Of a stretch of 64,000 nucleotides of DNA, positions 10,001-22,060 are shown in pieces; position 1 is the stretch's first letter, and the number at the start of each line of letters is the position of its first letter. The stretch is from Sphaerodactylus townsendi (taxonomy: Eukaryota), in contig NC_059425.1 of the NCBI RefSeq assembly GCF_021028975.2, forward strand, positions 28,334,001-28,398,000, in the 5' to 3' direction. A model generated the notes under the pieces. It had not been told where the DNA came from. It ran no database searches and saw nothing but the letters and a program-made list of their open reading frames with translations. Both the position numbers and the translations under genes were made by a program.

Positions 10001-13000
10001 GGACCCTGCCATACCTGTGCATGTGTCTCTTCCCTCCCCAGCCCACCCACTTCCAGGGCTTTGCTGTGCTGTTCAGCAGGTGCAGCCAGCCACCTGCAGC
10101 TCTGGAAGATGACTGCGTAGGTTTTTTTTCTGAGCATGTTCAGAGCCACGCCTTTGCCCGGCATGCTACTGCATGTGGCAGACACAGCAAAAAGCCATCT
10201 TCTTCCTAGCAGCAGTTGATCTTCTCGGGGGAGGGGGCATTGGATTTGTTTATTGCAGGAGGCCTGGAGAACCTGCAGGCTGGCTGTGGTTGTGGGGAAA
10301 ATTCCAGAGGGGAACAGGTTCCTGAGGGGAACAGGTTGCTTTCCTCCCTTTACCAGCTTGGACTTGAGTAATCCCTTGTGGGCATCACTGCACACCGGGG
10401 TTGTGAAGGTGACACTGTTCCCTAGACACCCCATCCTCCCAAGCTAATTTGAGACAGGGGTACCCAGGAGGAGGAGCTGCTTTAATCAACGCTAGCTCCC
10501 TGCATGTAGTTTCAGTGAGGAATCAGAGATACCCTGCTGAGTTCTTCTGAGCCGGTATTAGATTAGCGTCTCAGTCCTCAGACCCTGACATACAGAATGC
10601 ATGGAACTGCATGTTGTGAATCCCAGCACCTTCGACTATGGCAGAGATTGTCGAGGGGAGAACACAGTTCCTAAAGGTGGGTCTGGTTCCAGAAATCCTG
10701 CGTGGCATGCCAGAAAACACGTCATTCAGGAAAGGTTGCCCCAGCTCTTACGCTGACTTTTCCCATTTCCTCCCAGTGTGCTTTCTGCCTCCAGTTCTGA
10801 GAATTCTCTGTACCGGACCAGGAGTTTCAGCAACGGCACCAGCGGGGGGAGCAGCAGCAGCCAGCAGACCTCTCCCCTGGTCAAGACCTCACCTAGCTTC
10901 ACCTTCAGCTGCTCACGGTCTCCTGCCCCTGCAGGCATGGGCATGGGTCAGAGCTCCCAGAAAGGGGTCTCAAGAGTGCTGACTCTGGTACGAGGTAAGC
11001 TGTCTGATGGAACTGTAGCAGGAGTGATCCGGTGGATGTGGGCGTGGATCTGTTGCCGACCGTTGTACCCTTGATCGCATGAAATAAAGTTGCTTTCTAG
11101 TGGAACCCTGGTATCTTGTAAAAACTGTCTATCTGTAACATTGAGTGCCCCCTCCTCTTTCCCAGCCTTGGGAGAGGCCAAGTTTTTAAAGGCCAGGTTT
11201 TAAAAGCCTGTGCAGGGTAGCAAAGCCCGTGCTTCCCTCACGTCTGAGGAATGGACAGTTGGTCCTGGGGGTAAAGAGGCATTTTGCAACAGCTACGTTG
11301 CATAATTGCCATTCCAGATGACTGTTTTGGAACAAGACTCTGAGGTTACTGTTTTTTATTTTGCTATTTACGGTCCACTTTTTTCCCCATTGGGGACCCA
11401 AAGCAGCTTTCAACATCGTAACCCTCACAATAGCCCTGTGAGGTAGGTGAGGCAGGCTTATTGTCATCCAGTAAGGTTTAATGGCCAAGCGGGGATCCAC
11501 ATCCAAGTCTCCCACATCTAGTGCTGTCACCACACCTCTATACTGGCTTCTATTGCATTTCCAGCACCTCCCTCCAAGTTCTGCTGATTCTTAATCACCC
11601 TCACACACACACACACCCCACCATATGTCCCCTAAACACTTTTCCTTCTCCCTCGAGCTCAGTGTAGCACAGCAGTCCTGTGAGGTAGATGAGGCTGAAA
11701 GAGTGCTGGGCACAAACAACTCCAGTTAGTTCCAGTTAGCTGAGCAGAGCCTCCCTATTCAAGTCCTAAGGCCAGAGGCATAGGGAGGGAAAATGGCGCC
11801 CAGGGCAACACATGCTCCGGGCGCTGCCCCCCCCCCCCCCCGCCTGCATCCCACTTACCTTAGGTGCCGCCAACGGCCCCAAGCAGCCTGATGGGGCCTA
11901 ACCTGGCAAGGCTGGGCTGAGGGGCGCCTGGCTGTGGCCCTGCCAGGCTGAAGGGGGAAGGAGGAGGGGTGTGGGGGCCATTTTCTGCCCCTCACGTGAC
12001 TGGACAGTGGCCGTATGGGGCATTTGGCCCTGGTGGCCCTGTTGAAGCTCCACCTCTGCCTAAGGCTGCACCTGGAAGCCACTGATTGGTGCCTCTAGAG
12101 AGACTTCGCTGTGTCAGGATGTCCATCCCCATCAGCTCCCCTGCCTGAATCCAGTCACTTTCAAAAAACCTTTGCTTCAAGAAACTACTTTATGTGAATG
12201 GTTCTCCCTGCTTCTGCTTGTTTGTTGGAATGGCTCCATCCCTCCTGTGCCCAGGAGGTGTCCAATTCCAGCCTTGCCTGTCAGGTAGAAACAGAGATTA
12301 ACATCCAGACAACTGCTTTATGCGGCCAGTCCATCTAGCCCAGTTCTGTCTATTTCAACCACAGTCTGGCAGTGTCGGCCCACTCATGAAGAATGTCCAC
12401 GGAGAGAGGAGAATGCTCTGTTTTGCCCAGTGCATGAACAGACAGAGCACTGTAAACCATCCCCCTGGAGGCAGGCAACCTTTTTGACCCAAGCTGCCTC
12501 AGAGACTAGGGCATGGAGTAACGGATTCAAGGTGCAGGAAAAGAGATTCCACCTAAACATTAGGAAGAACTTTCTGTCAGGGCTGTTCGACAGTGGAATG
12601 CACTGCCTTGGAGAATGGTAGAGTCTCCTTCTTTGGAGGTTTTCAAGCAGAGGCTGGATGTCAGATCGTATGTCAGGAGGGCTTTGATTGTCTTTTCTGC
12701 ATGACAGGGGGTTGGACTTGATGGCCCTGGTAGTCTCTTTCAACTCTATTATTCTGCTAGTTTAGAAAATTATCCTGCGAAGATGCTGGCTTACCTGGAG
12801 AGGAGGGGGCATGAGCAAGTCCTGTACTTGGCCACAGCCTGCATCCCAGAGGGTTTGCCTTGGGCCCAGCTAAGGACTCAACAAGGGATGATGGACAGAA
12901 GCCATGCCTGTTGCCTTCTCCCCCACTGCGGGCCTCAGTGGCACTGCCATCACCTCGAGGGCAGAAAATTAGCCCTGTGTCCCTGGCAAAATGGTCTGGC

Positions 13001-16000
13001 CTGCACATCTGCTGGGTGGGGAGAGGGGGTTACCCACCCAACTGATACAGCAGGATCCTGCTGTGACTCATCCTGGGGCGATCCGTTCTCTGCTCTTGTC
13101 TCTTGCGCCCACCTACCAGCTTGTTCTCTTAAATGGTGCCATGGAGTTTCACCACCTTCTTTCTTGTTGGACAGTGCTGGAGGGGGTGGGATGGGGCTCA
13201 CAGTCTTGCTGCGCCTTCCAAAGTTCAGCAGCCAGCAACTGTTCAGAGCCTCCAAGACACCGTCTGGGGTGGATCAAAGTTGCTGGAGGCAGAGCTGGGA
13301 AGGGAGGAATTCTTCTGTTTGCCAGTGAGGAAACTAGCCCTCCAGCTGTCGTGACTGCCCTTATGCTGCAGAGAATGACAGCCTAAGAGTAAATCGCATC
13401 AGAGCCAGTACTTTTTACCCCTCTTACGGCTGTTGGCCTCGCCTAACTCTCCGTTCCATGTTTGAGGCCTCTCTGAGCCCTGTTGTCATATTTGTTGCTG
13501 CTATTCTGTCCTGTGTGTTGAAGAAATAGGACAGCCGGCTTCTTGTTTCCTCTCCATTACTGAATTGAACAGTGATCTAAAACATCTGGAGTTGGCGGTT
13601 TGAGACAGGAGAGTGGATCTTTCCTCCCTTCCCTTTCTTGTCTGTGCCTCCCACTCACATTGGGTGGGCCTTTTTGGCTGGAGCTCATTCGAGGAGGTGG
13701 GAGTGCAGAGATCAGAGGGGGGGCAGAACGCTGCTCTCACTTGGCCTTTTGCTTATCCCTTCTTCTGCTTAGAGCCTCGAGTCCAGGAGAAGCAGCGTCA
13801 TCAGCATCAGACTTTGCTGCGAGCCGCAGCAAGCAGCATCCAGGTGCCTCCGCCTCTCCCTCCCTCAGGCCGGACAGTCTCCCACCTTCAGCTGCCCCCC
13901 AGTCTCAGCCTCTGCCCCCTCTCCACCACTGTCTGCAAGTCAGGTTCGTATCATATCCCACCTTCTGCCTGCACGTACGCTCACTCTCCTGTGGTCAAAG
14001 ACTGCCTCTCTGCAACAGAAACATGAGCTGGTTTGCTGCTGCCTGGGTGAATCAGCCACCAGGGAATCCAAGGGCAACAGGCTGTGTGCCTGCTTGCTCT
14101 TGTGGACTTCATACAAACAGGGAGATCCCTGTTGATTCTGAATTGCTGCTTGTGCCAGCTGGGTAGCCAAGAGTCAGGCATGTGGCTGCTGACAGCCAAG
14201 GTCTGCCCGCTGGAGGCTAAACTTTCTCTTCTTGCTGGGCCAGATCTCTTTGCCAGAAGGGAATGTGGGTCGCTCTCTTTCTAGTAAAGCTAGTAGGACA
14301 TTAAGCAAACACAGTGAGGAGCTGTAATGCAGATTATATTTTTATTTGCTGGCACAGGCCCCAACCATTCACTTTCCAGCTCTACAACTGCAGTATTTAT
14401 TTGTTAGCTTATTAAAACATTTGTACCTCTTTTACCTTTTCTCATTGGTCAAGGCAGCTGTTTTTTCCTCCATCTTCTCTGCCAAGCTAACCTTCGCTCC
14501 CACTGAAGCAAAGCCCGCGATTCCCTTTTCCATGCGCTTGGTGCCTAACCTGCTAGGCAGCAAATCTGGACTGGTCAGAATCCAGTCTCTGGATCATCTC
14601 TGCCTCTGGTGGCTCACAACTTTTTCCCCTTCTCCTTTCTTGCTGCTCAGTTTGTGCGTGGAGGGGGGTGATATTTCCCCATGTAGACAACTGTCTTAAC
14701 TGTCCTCCACCTGAACTGCTCTGGTTCCTAAGTCTCATCACCTTTGGACCCTGCTTGTGTCTTTGCAATTCTGATTAGAAAGCAGAAACCGATACTGGAA
14801 CTTCTGTTGGAGCCGCAGCTCTCACTGGCATTCAGGTTGCTCCAGTTCTTCCGACACACACACACGCGCGCACACCATGGTTGTGCCTGACTGTAAGGAC
14901 ATCAAGCCATGTGCTGTCTGTGAGGCTGCCCCTTTGGCAAGGTGCAACTCCTAGCATTATTCATGCTGGCCTGCTGTTCTCCTAGTGTCTTGCCTGTGAG
15001 TCCTGCACCTCAGAATACTCATCCAGTTTGTCTGAAACGGATTTGATTGAAACCAAGGATTGTCTCAGAAAATAAAACAATTTGTTATGAACCCTTTATG
15101 CAAGATTTGACAGATACCTTCTAGGAAACAATTGCCAGAACAAAACCCAGCGACGGCCTGTGCCCTGTGTTCTTGTCAACCGTCAAATAGATTCTTTAAG
15201 CGTGACTCGCTGATGCTGGTCTGACAAGAACCAAACAGATTTCATCAAAGCAGATTCTGCCTCGGGACTTCCAGTCAGGAGTGGACCCCAAGGGGCGACA
15301 TGAAAAGGACAGCTCAGTTCACTTCAACTGTATTTCCCAGCTGGCAGTCTGTAAACAGACAGGTGGCATGCACTGTTGTCTCCCAGACACTTCCCTTACC
15401 TTACTGTCAGACATGCGATAAAAACCTTTCGTGAAAGAAATGTTGTCATAACAACCGGTTTTAAAAAGAAAGTCAGGTGTCTCAGAGGTATTTTGAGTCT
15501 GCCTGTCAATTAAGACTGAGGGAGAAATGCAATCTCTTTCTTTTAAATCAAACTTTTCGCTTTGGTGAGATCAAAGCTTCCTCTTGGCTCATCCTCTGCA
15601 GTTTTAGACCATAATTTGCTCAGTTTGACATGGCTAAAAAGATTTTTAAGGTTTTTTTTTTTAAAGTTTGCTGCATAGAGCAATACTTTGCTAAAAGAGG
15701 TGTGAAACTTTTAAAATACATTATTCTGTAGGGAATCCTTCCCTCAGGTGTTGTTGTTTTTTTGCTTTTTAAAATTCCCCCTTACTACACAGTTAGTAGT
15801 AAGGACATCTGGCAGGCCTTCTCTTGGTGGCTGTTCTCCATTATGGAAAATGAACTGGACTTTTGCAAAAAGGTTGGATATTGATGGCTAATGCAGCAGT
15901 TCTCAACCTGGGGGTCGCGACCCCTTTGGGGGTTGAATGACCCTTTCACAGGGGTCGCCAAAGACTCTCTGCATCAGTGTTCTCCATCTGTAAAATGGAT

Positions 16001-18943
16001 AAATATTAGGGTTGGGGGTCACCACAACATGAGGAACTGTATTAAAGGGTTGCGGCATTAGGAAGGTGGAGAACCACTGGGCTAATGGAACACCACAGAA
16101 ATCTCAGCAGGGCTGAATACTCCCAAGCTGGGGGAACTGAACTCATCTCTTTAGGAATGAGGATCTTGCTCCTCCAGCCCTCTGTGGAGTATTATGAAGC
16201 TGTGCTTCCCAGGTTAGGCTAGCCAGTTCCTTTATCAAGAATACTACATTCATGCAGACATATTAATCTCTCCCCAGTCTTTCCAGTGGACAATCAGAAT
16301 AGTTTCCAATTCTCCCCACCCAATTTTTTTTGTGGTACTGCCTCTCATTCAAGAAAAGAGCCAGTCTCGTTCATGCAGAAGTGCCTGAGCTCCAGAGGGC
16401 AGGTTTCCAAGTGGTACAAGCAAAAGAATGCAAAGAATCCAGTTCTTCAGTTTAAAATTGTTTGTGGTGGAAGAACACTGAAGAAAGGCCTTGCAAGAAG
16501 CATGTGGGAATGGTCATGGATCAGAAAAGTCTCCTCCAGTGGATGATATGCTGAGAAGTAAAACCACCACGCAGTATGTATTGGACATAATTAGAGTAGC
16601 TCTCTTATGTTTGAATTTTAGCAGCTGCATTTTTGCTGAATAAGCTGTCTATGAGTGTTACAAAGTATATCCCCTAGCAGCAGGTCTTAATGTTTCTTAC
16701 AAGGCCTTTCTTACTTCAGTGTCTTCCCACCACACAATCTCACACTAAAGAGCTAGGACAGTCACACTCTTTCAAGTGCTGTGGGGCAACTACTCAGATT
16801 ATCGTTGCATGGAAGAAAGAGTGCCAGGGGTGGCAGACACCAGTTTGCATCCCTGCTGGTACGTGGGGCAAGCTCTTGCCTGCCACAGTGTTCCGCTGCC
16901 TCTTCTCATGTGCTCAGCCCCAAAGTTGCTCCAGAAAACTAGCAAGGAAAAGTGTTGCTGCCTTGCATAGGCAGAGAAAGGGGCCAGCTCGACAGATGCA
17001 CCAGTTTGCCTGGACCCCATCTTTGAGTTGTGGTGCAGCTATGAGGATGATGTGACACTACTGGGTATATGACTTCCCGAGGCATCAAGGGCAGCAACAT
17101 ATGATCCTGTCTACACCACGGTCTCCCTTGGTTCGAGCATCTCTTCTGCTTTGAGCCGTTGTGGGCTTCAGCTAAGTGTTGGTGCTGCAATCCTAGCCCT
17201 ATCACAAATGCTCTTGGTACAAATGGGAATACTAATTTTTCCCCTCATTGATCACACAGGGACCAGACACTATGGGCTACTTGTGGGCACCAAGGCAAAC
17301 ACCTTAGCAGCTGCCTGCCATGGACTGCAAAAGGCAGAGCATTCCGGAGAGGAGCTACAGGCCCCTTCACCTTGTAGCCTAACGCTGCTCCAGGTAAAGG
17401 GAGAAAGGGGGGATGGGAGTCTGCTTTACCAGCCTCCTTAGCCTGATTTACAGCTCTCCTCCAGAAGAGGAAGCCAAGGACAAGGCTGCAGCTTGGTTCA
17501 GAAGGGGCAGGTAGTCGCCAGTCAAAGGCCTGTTCCTTGCCAGGCTCCCCTTCCATGCCACCAGTGTCCTTTCCACGAAACATGATTCTTGGCTTCTATT
17601 CTTTCCCCTTGCCCCAAGGTAAAGCATCCAGTTACCTGTCCTACTCTTCAATCCATACCTACCTCTTTGCTCCTCATAATTCCAACAACCCAGTCTACAC
17701 GCAAAGTGTTTGGCTTGTGTGCAGCCTTCCTCCTGACATTTCTCTCTCTCTCTCTCTCTCTCCAGAATCTCTCAAGGAAACTGAACAGTGACAAGCTATC
17801 AGAGCCATCCAGGTAAGGAATGTGTGACAAGAGCGATCAAGTGTTCGTGCCTGAGGGGGAGGGAGATCACAAAGGGAGCTATTCGACTTCTCTTTTATGC
17901 TCCGGATGATGTGAAAGGGCCATCCTCAGAGTGTGTGTGCCCACATCTCCTTCACCACACCCAAGCAGCTAAGACTGAATAGTGTACACTGCCAACTCTA
18001 CCAGCTCACTGCCAACTCAGACAGCTTTCCCAACTCTAGCTGTTGCCATAAGAGCAGGACCAGTAGGGCTGGTGGCCTGTTGTCTCAGTCAGTAGTCGCT
18101 GCCATCCTCCCCTCCTTCTGTGCAAAAACTCCCTATGGCTGAGTGGAACTTTACGCCTGTGATATCTACCCCTGATGGGGGCCTGCCCAATCTGCATGGC
18201 ACCAATAGGGTGTCTGCACAGCCACATGGATTACAGGGAACATTGGTCCCAGTGCTCCAACTCTTGCTATTCCTTCAGCATGGAGATACTGGCACCTCGA
18301 CCCAGCCGGATCCCCATTCGCAGGAAAGGCCAAGCCCAGCACCTACTCAAGTTCCAGAGCTGCAGCAATGATTCCTCACTCAAAGTGTGGAAATACTCAC
18401 CCTCACAAATGCCATCCCAGAGTTCTCTGCCAGGTACGTTCCTGCACAACATGGGCCATTTGGTTAGTTTCTAACAGGGGCATTATGGTTAGTTTCATGC
18501 CCCAAATTCCCTGAGGTCCCATTGCTGCTGGCAGGCTCATCCACCCTTTCCTCATCTGCCCCTTCTTCCAGAGTTCCCACTGGAAGTGCCAGAGATGACT
18601 GCAACAAATCAGAGGGAAGAGTCACTTTTTCTGTGCAACACTCCCAAGGTTTTACTGGACAAGGTACGGGGAGGGGGGAGTTCTGCTAAGCAAGCCTACC
18701 CAGCGTCCCTCGTCTGCAGCCGCTGCCCTCTACTTGAGCACCTGTCGTGTAGACAGCTGAAGAAGAAGCGCACCCCATGAAGTGGAGGCAGTGCCCGCCC
18801 TCCCCCACCCAAAAAAAGCATGGGGGTAGCATTGCCCTGCAAGTTCCTTGAGGCAGATCTCTCTGTTGCAGCATCTCCCGGGGCGCACAGATTCCCCTCA
18901 GCTCACCTACCACAAGATCCTGTCTTTCTGCACAGAGGCCTGA
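7066..18943 (+). CDS. AGBL5: Cytosolic carboxypeptidase 5 (tubulin deglutamylase), 3' portion; 5' exons lie upstream of the window
   Basis: AG/GT-bounded, phase-compatible exons: 7066-7235 ([34 protein letters not shown]), 8032-8167 ([11 protein letters not shown], catalytic Glu region), 9690-9877 ([22 protein letters not shown]), 10777-10994 ([12 protein letters not shown]), 13773-13943 (EPRVQEK). Less certain tail exons: 17260-17393, 17766-17812, 18279-18433, 18572-18663, 18872-18943 (ends ILSFCTEA*). The first five match recalled vertebrate CCP5; the last five rest on splice signals and frame continuity. Confidence 0.9.
8360..8560 (-). mobile_element. L2 3'-end fragment
   Basis: (TAAA)n tail and degenerate ccgctcagagcccttcaggga hairpin on the minus strand. 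Confidence 0.6.
11773..12058. mobile_element. hAT-type MITE
   Basis: Termini CAGAGG..CCTCTG. Perfect 8-bp TSD cctaaggc at 11765-11772 and 12059-12066. Confidence 0.85.
12500..12757 (+). mobile_element. CR1 LINE 3' fragment
   Basis: Encodes [24 protein letters not shown] (CR1 ORF2 C-terminus) and ends ttcaactctattattct. Confidence 0.85.
14557..14699 (+). CDS. AGBL5: Possible alternative terminal coding exon of AGBL5 (short isoform)
   Basis: Branch-like cctaac plus ctag acceptor, phase-compatible with exon 13773-13943. Open to a stop at 14699. AATAAA at 15071-15076. Confidence 0.4.
15894..16079 (+). mobile_element. SPIN/URR1-like non-autonomous hAT element
   Basis: TIRs cagcagttctcaacct / aggtggagaaccactg. 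Subterminal ggggtcaccacaacatgaggaactgtattaaaggg as recalled for SPIN MITEs. Perfect TSD ggctaatg at 15886-15893 and 16080-16087. Confidence 0.9.
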
Positions 18944-19631
18944 TTTGCCAGGGAGGGCTCAGCAACTGCAGCCAACCTGTTCCAGCTCCTCAGGAGCCTC
19001 CACCCCACAGCACGCCAGGCACAAGACGGCTCCACCATGCTCACTGTGGGAGAGACCGGCTGAGACACCCTTCCTGCTGACATCCAACAAGTCCTCACAC
19101 CATCCATCATCCCGACCCTGTCCTTTTAAACCAAAGCTCCTGTTTCAGCTGCAGCAGCCACTGGTGTTTGCTTGGAGCCACTCTTCTGGGTGTTAAGGCC
19201 CCCTTCCACACTCAAGTTGCAGTCAGCTGCACAAGACACCAAAGGCCTAAACAACACAGCCAGGCCAGTCTCCCTGGAGCCCTCTTCTCTGCTACCTTCA
19301 TCAGGGTCTGGGGTTGTCTCCTTTTGCCCTCTGACCATGGACCACTACAGTACAAGGAGGACAAAAGCCTATCAGGGTGGATGAAATCTGAGGTTCTCAG
19401 TGAGACAAGCTCTCCCCATGGAACATACATCGCAATCAGACACACACACACACCCCCGAAAGTTGTGTTTGGAATCTCTTTAAGGCCGATTCACCACAAA
19501 GCCAGCCACGCCTCCTTCTCCAGACCTATGGGCAGGGGTCACCACCTTAGGCCATTTCTGCAGCTGTATATAGTAGTTACCGGGTTGGAAGATATTTTTG
19601 AAACCAGATTGTCTTGTAACACGTTTCTATT

Positions 19632-19637
19632 AATAAA
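19632..19637 (+). terminator. Probable AGBL5 polyadenylation signal (AATAAA)
   Basis: First AATAAA I found after the predicted stop at 18943. Confidence 0.55.
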
Positions 19638-19928
19638 ATTTGTTTGACAAAAAAAAGAGAGAGAGAGAGAGGCCCATTCTGCCCTGCTGTGCCACGCCTT
19701 GCTTTTGATCCAGGTCTGTGCCATCACAGTTACAGGTGTTTTGTTCTTGTCCAATGGAGCAGGGAGGAAGAGGCTGTCCGATGCAGGGACATGACGCCGG
19801 CGATCACTGCTCTGCCAAAGTAAAGGAAAGACGGTTGAGGGAGCAGCTCTTCCAGTCAACTGCGAGGAAGGGAACTGGGGGAGGGGGCCGACAACAGACT
19901 TACCTGCTTTTTTGGAGGGGAAGGATAG

Positions 19929-20072
<144 letters not shown>

Positions 20073-20231
20073 TCAGTGGGGTTACCTGGTCCAGGGATGC
20101 TTCCACTTCCTGCAGCGGCTCTACGGCTCGTCCGGAGACGGTCTGGGGATCGTCCTAGACGGCTCCCTTCCTCTCCGCGGTCTGCCGGGGACAAAGGCGG
20201 GCGCACGGGGCTGCTTTCCCCCCTCCCTTAC

Positions 20232-20560
20232 CTAGCGGTTCAGGATGACGCTACCTTGCGATAAGCCGCGTCCCAGTTTCCGCCGCCGTGCTCCGTGGGA
20301 GGGGCATAAAGGGATGTGCGCCGTGGCGCTTCCGGTTGTTCTTCGGGAGACATCCGCTACGGGGCAGCGCCCCTACAGGAGGAGAGGAGAAGAACGCCTT
20401 TGCTTCGGCCCCGTCCTCTGTCGGGTGGGTGGAACTTCGGTCTGGGTGGAACTTCGGTCTGGAACTTCGCTCTTCTCCGCTCCTCCTCTAGGGGCGCTGA
20501 GTTAGAGCCGGAGTGGAAGTGTGGCTGGGGCTCAGGCTGGGCGCGAAGGCCTCTTTTTTG
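20232..20560 (-). promoter_or_regulatory. OST4: OST4 CpG-island promoter and non-coding exon 1
   Basis: CpG-rich and TATA-less. ETS-type CCGGAAG near 20330; three tandem GGAACTTCG units at 20431-20470. Confidence 0.75.
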
Positions 20561-20897
20561 AGTCTTCAGTAGGGAGTCAGCGCCACAGGGTGGCAGAAGG
20601 CTTAGCAAGACTGGCAGGCGACTCTTTTTCACTGGGTTTGTTACAGGGAAATCAGACGATTTGTCTTGTCTTTCAATTGAGTTGTGGCGATTTTGGACCA
20701 GTTTCATAATATTGGTCTTGTACTGCTTCTCGGCCAGGGCTCTAGCACTCCTACCTGGATGCTTACTCAGGTGTAATACAAATATTTGCTCCTCTTAATA
20801 TTGATAGTCAATATGGTGTCATGGTTAGAGTTGGACTGGGATTTGGGAAGGCCAGATTCAAATCTCCATTCACCCATGAGACTCCTTTTACTTTGCA

Positions 20898-21395
20898 TAG
20901 GAACATAAATGAGAAAAGCCTTGCTGGATCAGACCTGTGGTCCATCTGGTCATCATCCTGTCACAATCACCAACCAGTTCCTCAGGAAGTCCAACAACTG
21001 TTGTCTGACAGACAACAGGGGACAGAGGGTGAAGTCTTTCCTTGATCTTGCCTCCTGGCACAGGGGTTCAAGTTAATTCAGAGGTTTACTCCCAAAGATG
21101 CAGAGGTTCCCTTCAGACACCATGGCTGGTAGGCACTGATGGATCTATCCTTCATGAATTTGTCTAACCCCATTGTAAAGCTGGCTGTACCTGTGGCCAT
21201 CACCACATTCTCTGGCAGTGAATTCCACATTTTAATCACTCACAGTATAAAGTATTTCCTTCTGTCTGTCCTGAATCTACCGTGCATCAACTTCATTGGA
21301 TACATCAAGTTCTAGTATTTTTGGAGAGAGAATTTTTTCTCTTTTTCAACTCTCCAACCTGTGCATAATTTTATAAACATCTATCATATCCCTCC
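20898..21395 (-). mobile_element. CR1-type 3' fragment
   Basis: Similar to the 36513-36985 fragment (cataa..agccttgctggatcagacc..gtggccatcaccac..ttataaac.tctatcat). Confidence 0.7.
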
Positions 21396-21549
21396 TTGAA
21401 GAGTTTGGATTTATATCCCCCCTTTCTCTCCTGTAGGAGACTCAAAAGGGCTGACAAGGAAATGNNNNNNNNNNNNNNNNNNNNNNNNNNNNNNNNNNNN
21501 NNNNNNNNNNNNNNNNNNNNNNNNNNNNNNNNNNNNNNNNNNNNNNNNN

Positions 21550-22060
21550 GCTGGGGCGGTCCAGGCTTCGGGGGAGAGGGACGGAGGAGACCCGGAGGGA
21601 CGGGTGCGGCCCCGACGGTCTGGCAGGCAGGCAGGCAGGCGGGAGCTGAGCAGTCTTTCTTAGGTCGAGGAACCCGGCCAAGGTCGCCTCTCCCGAGCTT
21701 CTCACGGACCAGAGTGCTCGAGGGGACGTCGGCGGGTCCCAGTCAGGCACTGGAGGTCGACCCTCTCCGTCCTTCTTTCACCAATGACTGGGCCCGGTGC
21801 CAGTAGAGGACGACACCGGTAGGCAGACGCCGAGCCCCGTCGGGGAAGCAGCGGTCTCTCTGGGACCCCTCGACACCCCAAGCGTCCCTTTTCAGTCTCG
21901 GCCCGGCGGCCGCGGGCAGCGACTCCCCACGATGCGTCCTCGCCGAGCCGGGAAGGCGGGTGCGCCGAGCCTCTGGCGGGATCTTTATATAGAGCCAGGC
22001 CGGGAGATCCATTGACGTCAGCGCGGGACATGGACTGATTGTCGAATGTGATCCTGCAGA
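21550..22060 (-). promoter_or_regulatory. CRE plus TATA promoter and ATG-free 5' transcribed region, probably urocortin (UCN) exon 1
   Basis: Palindromic CRE TGACGTCA at 22013-22020 and TATATAAA on the minus strand at 21984-21991, inside a CpG island. No ATG on the minus strand from about 21960 to the gap. Lies downstream of MPV17 on the same strand, as UCN does in mammals. No UCN coding sequence seen. Confidence 0.65.

Noticed and set aside
10995-11090. Read-through of the AGBL5 exon to a stop at 11074, with AATAAA at 11083
   Set aside because: The 10994 donor (GAG/gtaagc) is near-consensus, and a lone hexamer is not enough to call intronic polyadenylation.
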